A stretch of 64,000 nt of DNA from Podarcis tiliguerta. Taxonomy: Eukaryota. Below, piece after piece: positions 48,751 to 64,000 of this stretch. Location of the stretch: assembly GCA_965153285.1 (NCBI GenBank), contig OZ229117.1; one strand, given 5' to 3'. Position 1 is the first letter of the stretch. Each line of letters opens with the position of its first letter. The notes under the pieces were generated by a model. It made no database searches. It was given only the letters and a program-made list of their open reading frames with translations, and was not told the origin of the DNA. The position numbers were made by a program, and so were the translations under genes.

Positions 48751-51700
48751 TCTTCCCGATTAAATTGTCCTCCCGCTGCAGGGCTGACAACTATCCAGCT
48801 GGCCCATGTGGTTGTGCCTTGAAACAGCAGACTGGTCCTTGAGAGACGAGTCGTACCATGACAGTCTTGTTGGCACTGGGTAAGGATTAACAGATGTTGT
48901 TGCGGTGGCATAAGCTTTTGTCAAGTGGATTCAGGTCTGCGGAAGCTTACACCACAATAACATTTTGTCAGTGCTGTACCCATCGAAGCTTGCAGCCAGT
49001 TTACCTGTGAGAGCGCCTCACCCCCATATATGCCCACTTCACCAGTCTGCGGAACTGGCACCGTTGCAGGTGCCACATAATACCCGTTCTGCATTTATAA
49101 GATTTTTTTAGTGTAGCAGCACCTACACTTTGGAACTCCCTGCCTATGGATATAAGGCAGGCGCCTTTCCCTACCCAGACATGTAGAATGTTGATGTATG
49201 TTTTAATCTGTTTTTAGTTTATTTGCTTATTTTATTTTGGAATATTTTGCATAGTTGTTTTTAACTGCTTCTACTGATAATTTTATTTATTGTTTTATTC
49301 TCATTCTAAACTAATTTGATTTTTAAAAAAATAAATAAGTGGTATAAATTTTGTGAAATAAAATAAATAATATCTGTTCTGCACCAATTCATGATCTTCC
49401 TTTTCCAACAAGCCTCTTGAATTGAGGGTTTTGCTGTTGTTTTTAAATCCCAATCTGTATCCGTAGTGGAATTTAAATTGTTTTTAAATACAATTCCAAT
49501 GTTAAATAACTTCCGGAGGTTTCGTGGAAAATGATACATAGATAACATGAATAAGTGCTACAAAACACTTTCCTTTTTAGACACCAGTATAAGACAGTAT
49601 TTTTTTTATCTCCATGCCTTCAAGTTGCTCCTCAGTTGCTTTCTGCAAATCAGGTGGTTGTTAAAAGGAACACAAGCAAATCTGTTGAGTTTTTTTGAAG
49701 CCACTAGTAACTGAACTTTTGTCAAAAAGAACAAGATTACTGAAGGCAGGGTTTAGGGGATATTTCACAGATGGTGCAATATGACCTTATTTTAGACCTA
49801 TTATTGGTACTGTTTATTGTTGTTATAGATGCAACTATGCTGAGAGTTTTGAAAGCCGCCTCTTAATATCTGCAAAATGTGCATGATGGGGATAGTCAAA
49901 CCTCTTTTCAATTGTGTGCTACATTCCCTTTGAGTAAACTGTGGAGAGCTGTATGCTGGTGGTCAAACCTAGTGAATGTGTTGTTGATTAACTAATCTGC
50001 GATAAAGTCTGCCCAACTTCATATTTTTCACTAGTGTAAAGTAAATTTAAAACAGTCTAACACCACAATCCAACACTTGTCTACTCAAAAGTAAGCCCCA
50101 TTTTGTTCAATGATGCTTACTTCCAGTACCGTATTTTTTGCTCTATAAGACTCACTTTTAACCTCCTAAAAAGTAAGGGAAAATGTGTGTGCGTCTTATG
50201 GAGCGAATACAGGCTGCACAGCTATCCCAGAAGCCAGAGCAGCAAAAGGGATTGCTGCTTTCACTGCACAGCTGTTCTGGCTTCTGAGAGTTAGAATTAT
50301 TTTTTTCTTGTTTTCCTCCTCCAAAAAACTTGGTGCGTCTTGTGGTCTGGTGCGTCTTATAGAGCGAAAAATACGGTAAGTATAGTATTATTATTGTTAT
50401 AATAATAATAAGAAGAATTTATTATTTATACCCCGCCCATCTGGCTGAGTTTCCCCAACCACTCTGGGCGGCTCCCAATCAAGTGTTAAAAACAATACAG
50501 TATTTCAGCATAAGTCTAATTAGATGGTTGCCTTTCTTTATTTCAGATCTCAAGGCTTTTGAAAGAAGGCTTACTGAATATATAGCTTGTTTACAACCAG
50601 CTACTGGACGCTGGAGAAGTAAGTCAAGCTGTCTAAGAGCAGTACAAATTTGCCTATAAATGCTTCGATCAAATTGTACCTACATAGTGTAGTATTAACA
50701 TTTCAGTAGCTTTTATGATATATTTGTGATGCAAAATTCTGCATAAGAAAAGAAAATATGATAAATAATACTGTCTTACCGCCAAAGAGAACTATAGTAC
50801 AGTGGTGTCCTGAACCTCTGAAAGCAATTATTTTTGGAACTAAGATGAGGACAGCAACTTTTTTTTTTAGCATACCAACAAGGCTTAGAGATACTTACTC
50901 AAGACCCTTGTGATTCCTTTACAGCTGAGCAGGGTTTTATTCTGGATTTCCCACATGAAAGATCTCTATTTATCTGCCTATGCGTCTACTATATGTTCAT
51001 TATGCGTTTGAACACCTCTTAAGATATTGCCACCAAAATTTGCATGATGATTCCTGAGATCAAGGAGCAAACATCTATATTTGAATACAATTGGATTTTA
51101 TTTTGAACCAAGATGGCAGACTGAACCTTTCAAAACTGCACTGATTTTTTGATTTATTGGAATTCCACATATAAGGCTGCTAGTTAATGAATAGTCATGC
51201 TAATTCTATGAAAACAGAAGTCCTCTTCAGACATTACTTGCGTGAAGAGGGGCAAACTGTTTTAGGGCGTAACTTCTGTAGCGGAGAGTCTGCTCTTTGA
51301 ATGGAGGCATGCTTCCATCTATGGAGCAGCACTCAGTGACAGAAATTGTGCCCCAATACATTAGGGATGGGGCTAAATGCACAACACTGCAGCCCCCTTT
51401 ACCATGCTTCTATTTTTCATGTGAGGAATGCCTGAATACTGCTATAGTTAATTGTTGCCTATGGAAGAGAGGTTACTTTTGCTCTGAATACCCATGTGTT
51501 GGAGAAGTATTTATTGAACTTGGAAATTTGCAACACATTTAAATTACTAGCTAACCTAATAAAAGGCAGTTCTTCCGACTTTTTGTGCCTATTGGAAATT
51601 GCATAGAATTATCTATTGATGGCTGTTCCTGTGCAGATATTTTTTTAAAGGATGAATGGGGTACAGGAAGTGCTGTTCAATGAACTGCAGGTTCCACTTA

Positions 51701-53949
51701 TTTCAGTGGAACGTAAATCGCCCAATTTAGTATGACTGTCATGTTCTTTGAGAATAACTAAGACCTTTTTTAGAAGTTATCCCTTATATGTTGTGCAAAT
51801 ATATTGCTTCTAACATTTTCCTTTTCCATTAGTAATACTTATAGTCGTATCAGTCTGTACAGCAACTGGTGCCTGGAACTGGTTAATAGATCCTGAAACG
51901 CAGAAGGTGGGTAGTAGCATTCTCAAATGTCTTGCTCCTGTGTTGCTTTCCTATTTAATCTATTTGAACTTGTGGCATAAATTCATGCATAATGCTATGC
52001 ATATATTAACAGGTTTTATAGACTGCTGGAAAGTTCCCCATGGTTTCCTATAGCCAAACCTAGACATCGTGTTTAGTGTCAGTTCAGTATTTCTATCCTT
52101 CAGGGTGGACTAGAACAATGTTTGTGTTACAACCAGCGATCTGGGATTGCATCATGATTTTTGGCTTGTTAGGTTATAGCTTAATCTAGTAGCTAGAATG
52201 TTCTTAAGATCATATCTATGTGCTTATTCTTTGGGACACTGCTAGCCTTCATAATTGCAAAGGTAGGAAGTTGGGACCTTTATGTCAGTCAGAGCTTATG
52301 AAGAGCCCTGCTGGATCAGACCAAAGATCTGCCTTGTCCAGCATCCTGTTTTCACAGTGGCGAATGAGAGGGAAATCAAATCTGTTACTTTATATATTAA
52401 TTTCTAAATTAAGGTAATAATTTAATCCCCCCTTATATTAGTGTTAAAATTAGTAACTTGTTTGCCCCTCATTCTCGACTGTACAATATGCTTCTTTTAA
52501 AATTAATTGTATTAATTTCAAGCTAATCGTGTATTTATAAAGTGTTGTTTGGTTTTCTCCTAGGTTTCTTTCTTCACATCTCTATGGAATCATCCATTCT
52601 TCACAGTTAGCTGTATTACTCTTATAGGTTTGTTTTTTGCTGGAATACATAAAAGAGTGGTGGCACCCTCAATGTATCCTTTATTCAGTACCTGGCATAT
52701 ATTTAACCATGATCACACTGGCAATAATTTCAACTGAAGAAACTTTTAGCTACTGTTCTATTCTCTCTGAGAACAGAGAGAGTTTGAACACTTTTCTTGA
52801 ACGGGGAGTATGGACCTAAGCGCCTGTACTCCCTTCTTTGTGGTGACATGTGAATAAGATAATCTCTCAGGGTGGCGCTTTCCACAACATTGTGTGTGAC
52901 CCTACAGCCACTCTGCAAAACGACTCTATGGTAATTGTTCCCAGGATATAGCTGGAGTGCAAAGATAGCCACAGAACTTTGCTACCTATTACTTTACAGA
53001 TAAAAAAAAATACAGAGAGCATACAACTTGGGTGGGAAACCACCACCCAAGGGCTGAATGCAGCCCAAGACATCCCCATGTGACCTTCAGTGCCTCTTCT
53101 CTCTAGTGCAATCACTTTGCTTTGCTTTGCCCTGACTCTAGAGACCGGTATGTTTCTTTGATGTTTTCTGTTCAGCATAGCAGCGCGATGTCGAACAGTC
53201 CTGGCAGAATACAACATGTCCTGTGATGATGTAAGTGGCTTTGGTTTCCCTGGCTGAGTGTGTCTCCTCCCTAATAATCTTCCAATACACATTGTCTTAC
53301 AGCCTCTACTGTCTTTAAGTTCCCAGTTTACTCTATGTGCTTCTAGTTTCTTCCTCCCATCAGTGGACTCGAGGTGGTCTATTCTGCTTGGGACTAAGAC
53401 ATTAAGGATCTTTTTGCCCTATATCCTTCTATAAGAAGTGGCCTAAATATTCCTTATAATGTTGCTAGTAGACAAACCTGAGTGGCCTCCTTATCTGACA
53501 TGAAATCCTTAAATTATTAAGAAATGAAAGATCAATCAGGGTGAATATTATGCTATCTTTGGTCTGTAGCATGAAAAAAAATCTATAAATTCTGTAGATT
53601 CATTGCACAGGGGACTGGTAACCTATGATTGTAGTTTGCATATAAAAAAGAAAAGAATTGTTCTAATAACTAATAAATTAGATTCATAATCCTTGCAAAC
53701 AAACTCTGTTCTCAGTTTCCACTCTTTAAGCTAGATCAGCCTTTGTTAACTTGGCTCTCTCCAGATGGCCATGCTGACGGGGCTGATGGGAGTTGTAGTT
53801 CAAAACTTCTGGACAGCAAGTTGGCGTAGGCTTAGCAAGACGACGGAGAAGTAATCCCAACATAGCAGGAGTTTCTGTAATGTGAAAGTGATTTCTTTCT
53901 TCCCCAGACTGGAAAACTAATATTGAAACCCCGGCTTCACGTCCAGTAA
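48547..53949 (+). CDS. CNEP1R1: CTD nuclear envelope phosphatase 1 regulatory subunit 1 (TMEM188/NEP1-R1), 125 aa, complete
   Basis: Exons 48547-48571, 50547-50618, 51833-51906, 52564-52673, 53176-53230 and 53908-53949 total 378 nt and give [125 protein letters not shown]. This is nearly identical to recalled human CNEP1R1, and it is adjacent to HEATR3 as in human. Confidence 0.97.
50129..50376. mobile_element. Tc1/mariner (Tc2-like) MITE, family B-related
   Basis: TA|CCGTATTTTTTGCTCTATAAGAC...GTCTTATAGAGCGAAAAATACGG|TA, in CNEP1R1 intron 1. Confidence 0.88.
52674..53175 (+). other. U12-type (minor spliceosome) GT-AG intron 4 of CNEP1R1
   Basis: The 5' splice site GTATCCTTT matches the U12 consensus RTATCCTTT. 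A branch-site-like TTCTTTGAT lies at 53154-53162, 14 nt before the AG. Confidence 0.85.
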
Positions 53950-55681
53950 CCCATCATCTCCCTTCAACTCTACTCGCTGCTGTGGAAATGTAAGAAAAGA
54001 ACTTTGGGAGAGTGAGGCCAAATAGGATTGTGGGGTGTTGAGTTGACAGCAAAAGCGTGAAAACATCTGGTTTATTTATTCATAATTTCCTTGCATTTTC
54101 TTGTCTGTTTTATGCTTTCAGTTCCTTCTCTGGCAGCAGTAAGCTGTACCCTTCCAAATGCTGGGGGACTCTGACTCCCATCAGTCCCAGCAAACAGAGT
54201 TGTGGGTAAGGGATAATGGGAGGTGTAGTCCAATAGCATCTGGAGGGGCACAGGTTCTCCAACCCTGCCACACAGTATTAGTATGTCTCTGGGGTTTCAT
54301 CTTCAGCAAGGTGGGAGCCTCTATTTAGAAAAGGACTCAATGGGTTTTATGATGTGCAAATCACTGTAAATAGAAAATGGAACCAGTATTTGAAGAGATA
54401 CTTAAACCTGCCATTCACACAGCGTTGTTCATTAATCATGGCTATCTCCCTCCCCATCCAACGCTGCATTTTATATATAAAAATTCTTCTGGCAGAACTC
54501 TTCTTGGTGCGTATTACTTTGAATTTTGTCACAAAAGCTCCTGTTCTTCAGTTCCTTGCATTAGCAGTAGCCTATTTTCAGCAAATTCTATGTTTAGGCT
54601 TTTAATATTTTAAAACCTCTGTGTGTTTGGGACATACAGTAATGATGTATTGTATGTGAAATTTACACTGTGGTAGTTTTGCCACGAAACTAGTATTGCT
54701 CAACTTCAGATTACTTGATAAAAAGAAAGTGCCACAAATGTAACAAAGCTCAAGGTAGATTCAGACTTTCCTTTGGGCCCAGTCTGGCATAATGCTGCCT
54801 GATTCCTTAAGCATCATTAGGCAACCTGTGTGTGCTTTTCCCTCTCACGTGAAACTTCTTTTCAGTTTCTGAGCTAGCAAAAGTTACTGCTTCCTTGGTG
54901 CCAGCGTTTTTGCTAACCACATTTGGTGCCAAGCCAGTTTTCAAGCCTGCTTCGAATCACTGCTGCAAACTGTGGTTTGACATTAGCTAAGGTTGGCAGA
55001 AATGTTAGCATAATGCATTAATTCACTATGCAGTGGAGCATAAACTGCATTATTGATATTGCAAGAGAGGGTTAGATGCCCAGAGGAGGAGGAGTATGCG
55101 AAGCTGTGGCACGCTATCTGATTATATGAGCAGGCAGCATGACACTTAATGCAGGACCATCTATTTCCCTCCCTTTGCCCAGTTGGATCATCCTAATCAG
55201 GCATGACAAATGCATAGTAGCCACTGAGTCAAATTCTCTATCCTTAAATGCCCGTGGAACTTGGTGGATAGGGGATGGCAATTGAAATAGCTTTGTGAAG
55301 AGGCAAAATCAGCTGTCTGAATCTACCTTTAGTACAGAAAAGTGTTAAAACTTAAAAGTGGCTGTTACACATAGTATGACTTTGAAATACTGACACAAAG
55401 CAATTTAATTTTAAATCCTTCCTGTGCCTTTTTACAAGACCTGTTTCAAGCTATTTTAAGAAGAGTATAAAACTTTAAGAGCACAAAGCAACTGGCAGTG
55501 TAGGAAATGCTGCACTACAAGGAAGATTTTGTACATACAGGAAACCAAAACTACACTTGTGTCAATGTTTAATTCTCCTTTGAATGCTGCAATTAAATCC
55601 TGTGCTCTCAAAGTCTTCTCTGCATTTCTTGCTACACCTGTGTTTTTAAGTGCTGTAAATTTTTGTAGGAAATGTGTACAA

Positions 55682-55746
55682 AATAAACATTTTATTTATA
55701 ATGATATGTTTGCTGGCTTTTGTATTTGAAATTGCAAGTAAATAAA
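55682..55746 (+). terminator. Probable CNEP1R1 poly(A) signals
   Basis: AATAAA at 55682-55687, followed by U/GU-rich sequence, and at 55741-55746, at the end of an AT-rich 3'UTR-like stretch. Confidence 0.5.
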
Positions 55747-56540
55747 TGTTAGGAGTGCTGAAATCTATTAATTTCACATTTAATGCATCTCATGTTACCA
55801 ACTTTTGAAAATTCAGTTTTTTAAAAAACTGCTTCAGATATATAGGGTAGGTCAGCTTCTGCAATTCTGCATCTACAGGACAGGTGTGGAATTTCATACA
55901 GTACTGTAGTTGTATTCCTGCAAAATTTCAGACAAGATCCAGAACAGCCATGACAGTCTTTAGCAGTCTGGGGCAACTTAGAGATGGATCACTTAATTGG
56001 ATGAGAACTTTATCTAAATATAGTCATATGAGTTTTGTTATTAATGGTATTCAGTAATATCTTGGGCTTATTAGAACAAGTATTTGGTTCTAAATGCTGA
56101 CCCACTGACATAACAAGTAAGAGAACAAACCAGAAAGTCTTCCATTAACCATAGTTTCCTGTGGCTTCTGAAACATGAAACTCTGGCTAAGGGGTTCAGA
56201 ACAAGCCACTGTGGTTTGAAGTTGGTTTAATGTCTTGTCTTGTTCTGAAGCCATTACTAAGCAGTTTCCCAGTTTGGTGTAATTGGTAAGCTATAAATGT
56301 TAAGGGAAAACTTTCTGGTTTGTTTGCCATGCATGCAACCCCTTCATACAAGAAAACAATCACCTAAATTGGCAGTTATTAGATGCTTTGATACTGAAGC
56401 AACTAAAGGAGGACTTGATGCTTAGTATTACAGTACTGAAAATCTTTTTAATATCTAAATTACAGATCATGTGAAGATGTAAGACCTTTGAACATTGCAT
56501 AAATCTCAATTTTTGTTTTTCTAGATCATGATAGGTTCTA

Positions 56541-58072
56541 TTTTTATTCAGTTTTAAGTCTATACAGCAATGTTATATATTTGGGTTCATGTTGCCACCA
56601 GCTTGATTCCAAAAAATCTGCAGTCTGGCTTTCCTAAGTTGCAGAAACTTTCAAGCTGCAGAAATCCAAACTATGGCCTCCACAACACCCCCCCCCCCCC
56701 AATTGCTTAGGACAGTCAGTATGAGTCTAAGGGATCCCCCTGGTTTAATTACTCAGCTTGACCACAGTAGTTCAGATATTGGTAACTTCAATATTTGATT
56801 GGGGCTTCCCTTGTACTTGATCTGGAAATGGTACTTAATGTAGAATGCTGCAACACAATTGCTGATGGGTGAGACCCTATCAATCATTTAGGATATCAGC
56901 ACCTACTCTTTGGAACTCCCTGCCTGTTGACATCAGACAGAAGCCTTCGCTGTACTCTTCGGCACCTGCTTAAAACATTTTTGTTTATGCAAGCCTATCC
57001 AGAAATGTAGAATGCTAACATCCATTTAATCTTTTCATGCTTACTGTTGATTTTTGAACGTTTTTAAATAGCTGTTTTTAATAGTCTTTTGTTGGTAATT
57101 TTACTGTTTTGATTTTATCTTTCACAAACCTCATAGAGGTTTTATTACAATCAAACACCACATAAGTATTGTGAAATAATAAATAAAATAAACTTCTGAA
57201 ATCTTGGGGGGGGGAATGTAACATTTGATGTATTAGTACCAAAATATTAGCTTTACAAAGTGTTTATTATTATTTGAATTTTACGGCTGTTATGATATAA
57301 TGATCTTCATCAGAATCAGGCCCATGCAACCCCAGGGGCTAGTCTGGGCATGTCTAATTTTCCGTAAGCATGCAAATGAACACTCCCCTTCCCCTTCTGG
57401 ATAAATGAAACCGCCAGTCTTCCCCAGCCTTTGCTGCAGTCTTACATTTTGGACCAAGACAATGGAAGAGGAAACTTCACAGCAGGGAATACGTGGGAAA
57501 GATTCTCATCAAGACAAATATACTGGAGAAAGAACTTGGGGTATCATTTCTTCCCCTTCTGCGCAACGAAGGAATTTCCTGACAATTCCATCAATTTTTC
57601 CAAGATTGACACTGGCGGATCACCTAATATGTGGTATAAGAGACCTTTCATTTTCTAATTATTTTCTGTGGGGAGCAGCTTGCATTTATTATTTAAGTGT
57701 TCGCTTTGCCGTACTGCATAAATAGAAACTAATGCTTCAGTCCTGGGCTCGATTTCCTAGGAGTAAGTCCCAGTGAACTTGCTTCCGAGGAAATGTGCAT
57801 AGTACTGTGCTGTAAGATATGCTTGAGGGGAACACGTGTTGTTTCACGGGCTTCTAAAACCTTAATAACGCGAATGTTTTTATTCAGTTTTAAGCCTATA
57901 CAGCAGTGTTCTGCATTTGGGTTCATGTTGCCACCAGCTTCGTTCTGAAAAACTTTGAAGTCTGGCTTTCCTAAGTTGCAAAAATTTTCAAGCTGCGGAA
58001 AGCTAAACCATGGCTGCTGTCCACAAACCTCTCTTTTTTCTTTCCATTGCTTAGGACAGTCAGTATGAGTCT
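56541..58072 (+). repeat. Local ~190-bp direct repeat pair (56541-56728 and 57877-58072)
   Basis: Both copies run TTTTTATTCAGTTTTAAG.CTATACAGCA..TTTGGGTTCATGTTGCCACCAGCTT..GTCTGGCTTTCCTAAGTTGCA..ATTGCTTAGGACAGTCAGTATGAGTCT. Confidence 0.9.
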
Positions 58073-59090
58073 TAAGTTTTTAATATGTGACATTTTAATG
58101 TATTTTTAATCTTTGTTGAAAGCTGCCCAGAGTGGCTGGGGAGACCCAGCCAGATGGACGGGGTACAAATACTAAATTATTAATATATTATTATAAGAAG
58201 GCAGTGGTTTTCAACCAATGTGCTGGGGCACCCCGCGGTGCCTTGAATGATGGTCAAGGGTGCCGTTTCGCAACACTGGCCTCTGTCCCTCTTTCCTTCC
58301 CTCACATCTCTGCCTCACAAAGGCTTGCACAGCAGCTCCCCAGGTGAATGGTGCCTCTAGGGCTGACCAGAGGGTGCTTCCCAGGCCCTTGTGGGGCAGT
58401 GGGAGGAGGCACCTCTCTGGGGTAGGGTGGGCCCTGGGGTGCCTTCCAACTTTGCCATTCTAGGATCCTGTGATTAAGGCGCCAGGCGAAAACGCTTCTC
58501 TTCAACCAGGCATTGAGCTCAGGGTTATGGCTTTGGTTTTTGTTATGTATTTTGTGTTCTTGTTTTTATATTGTGAACAGCCCTGCGATCTTCAGGCGAA
58601 GGACAGTATACAAACTTAATTATTAATTAATTAAAGTAATTAAGTAATAGTAGTAACATCAATAACAGCAACAACAATAAGGCCACCTTGAAGTGTGACA
58701 TAATATTCCAACACCCCTGAAATGATTACGTAGAAGCGGCTGGTGCTATCTATTTGCAAGTCCGTGCAATCAGTACAGTACTTACTTGGGAGCAAGCCCC
58801 CTCAACTCCAACCAGCGTGCTGCGGAGTTAAGCACACAGCTGGATGAGCTGGCGGAAAAGGCTTTCCCCAGCTTATTTTAGCTGAGATGCTTCTCCCTCC
58901 GTCTCCCAGCTGCTTCTGGCTGCAGCCCGGCCCCCAGTGCAAGCGCATCCGGGGCGGACGTTTCCCGGGGAAGCAGCAGCAGCGGCGCCTGCGCCGAAGC
59001 CGCACACGTGGGGGTGAAGGCCAGGCCAACACGCCCCGGTTCCTCTCCTCGCTTTCCTTGCCGTGGAAGCGTCCAGGGTTTGCAAAGATC

Positions 59091-63296
<4,206 letters not shown>

Positions 63297-63442
63297 GTGA
63301 GTAAAGGGACATGTTGATGGGAGGATTTCAGCTGCAGAGACCCTCTGTCAGGTGTCTCTTGCAGATATGAAACTCTCTCAGGTCCACTGGTTCTGGGGTT
63401 TCTGGGCAAACACATCCTCCAGAGCCTCTCGGCAAGCAACTA

Positions 63443-63713
63443 CAGTGGTATGTTGGGTTGCAAACATCTCAGGTTAGAAACACTTCGGGTTACAGACTCC
63501 ACTAACCCAGTAGTACCTCGGGTTAAAAACTTTACCTCAGGATGAGAACAGAAATTGCATGGTGGCAGTGTGGCGGCAACGGGAAATTGCATGGTGGCAG
63601 TGTGGCGGCAACGGGAGGCCCTAATAGCTAAAGTGGTACCTCAGGTTAAGAATGGTTTCAGATTAAGAACGGACCTCTGGAGTGAATTAAGTTTGTAACC
63701 AGAGGTACCACTG
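63443..63713. mobile_element. Tc1/mariner MITE, family A, with an internal 32-bp tandem duplication
   Basis: TA|CAGTGGTA...GGTACCACTG|TA. GAAATTGCATGGTGGCAGTGTGGCGGCAACGG occurs twice (63551-63614). Confidence 0.88.
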
Positions 63714-64000
63714 TATTGAATCTTTGGAAGCAGCTTCCAGTGCCACAGGTAGAGCTGTGGTTGGCAGAAACCTGTTGCAGCTGAAGAAACTTATACTGTT
63801 TTATTTATTCTTTAGCAGCATTTGTATACTGCTTAATTGTTACAAACCTTTAAGCAGTATACATGAAATATAAAATACAAATATTAAAGCTACTGGTGGA
63901 ACTCGAAAGGTAAAAACAAGTTAGGCTAATTCCCCCCAATATAAATAAAATCAACAGCTTAAAAATATACATTATGAAATAATGTGGTATATTAAAATAC

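Overview
Vertebrate genomic DNA, very probably from a squamate reptile (lacertid-like; inferred from a full-length Sauria-type SINE plus BovB, CR1, L2 and Penelope remnants). I assembled three spliced protein-coding genes by hand from GT-AG signals and reading-frame continuity. (1) A complete minus-strand gene with 10 coding exons (CDS 44175->29411, 422 aa) encodes a divergent NCOA5-family protein. It sits beside CNEP1R1, where I know of no such gene in human, and may be a whole-genome-duplication paralogue of NCOA5. (2) CNEP1R1 is complete (48547-53949, 125 aa), lies head-to-head with gene 1 and has a U12-type intron. (3) The first five coding exons of HEATR3 start at 59091. The left ~27 kb looks like the gene-poor region that in human runs toward ZNF423, but it holds two unexplained transcription-unit candidates. 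One is a 480-nt fully open, splice-bounded + strand exon (27361-27840) with a terminal exon and poly(A) site tail-to-tail with the NCOA5-like gene; its protein faintly resembles a catalytically dead DDE_Tnp_4 transposase. The other is a minus-strand TATA/CACCC/CCAAT promoter with a first exon (~22.6->22.06 kb) and a candidate later exon (10431->10088). There are also many MITEs with intact TIRs and TSDs, and a Penelope remnant carrying a degenerate hammerhead ribozyme. No searches were run; all homology calls come from recalled sequences.
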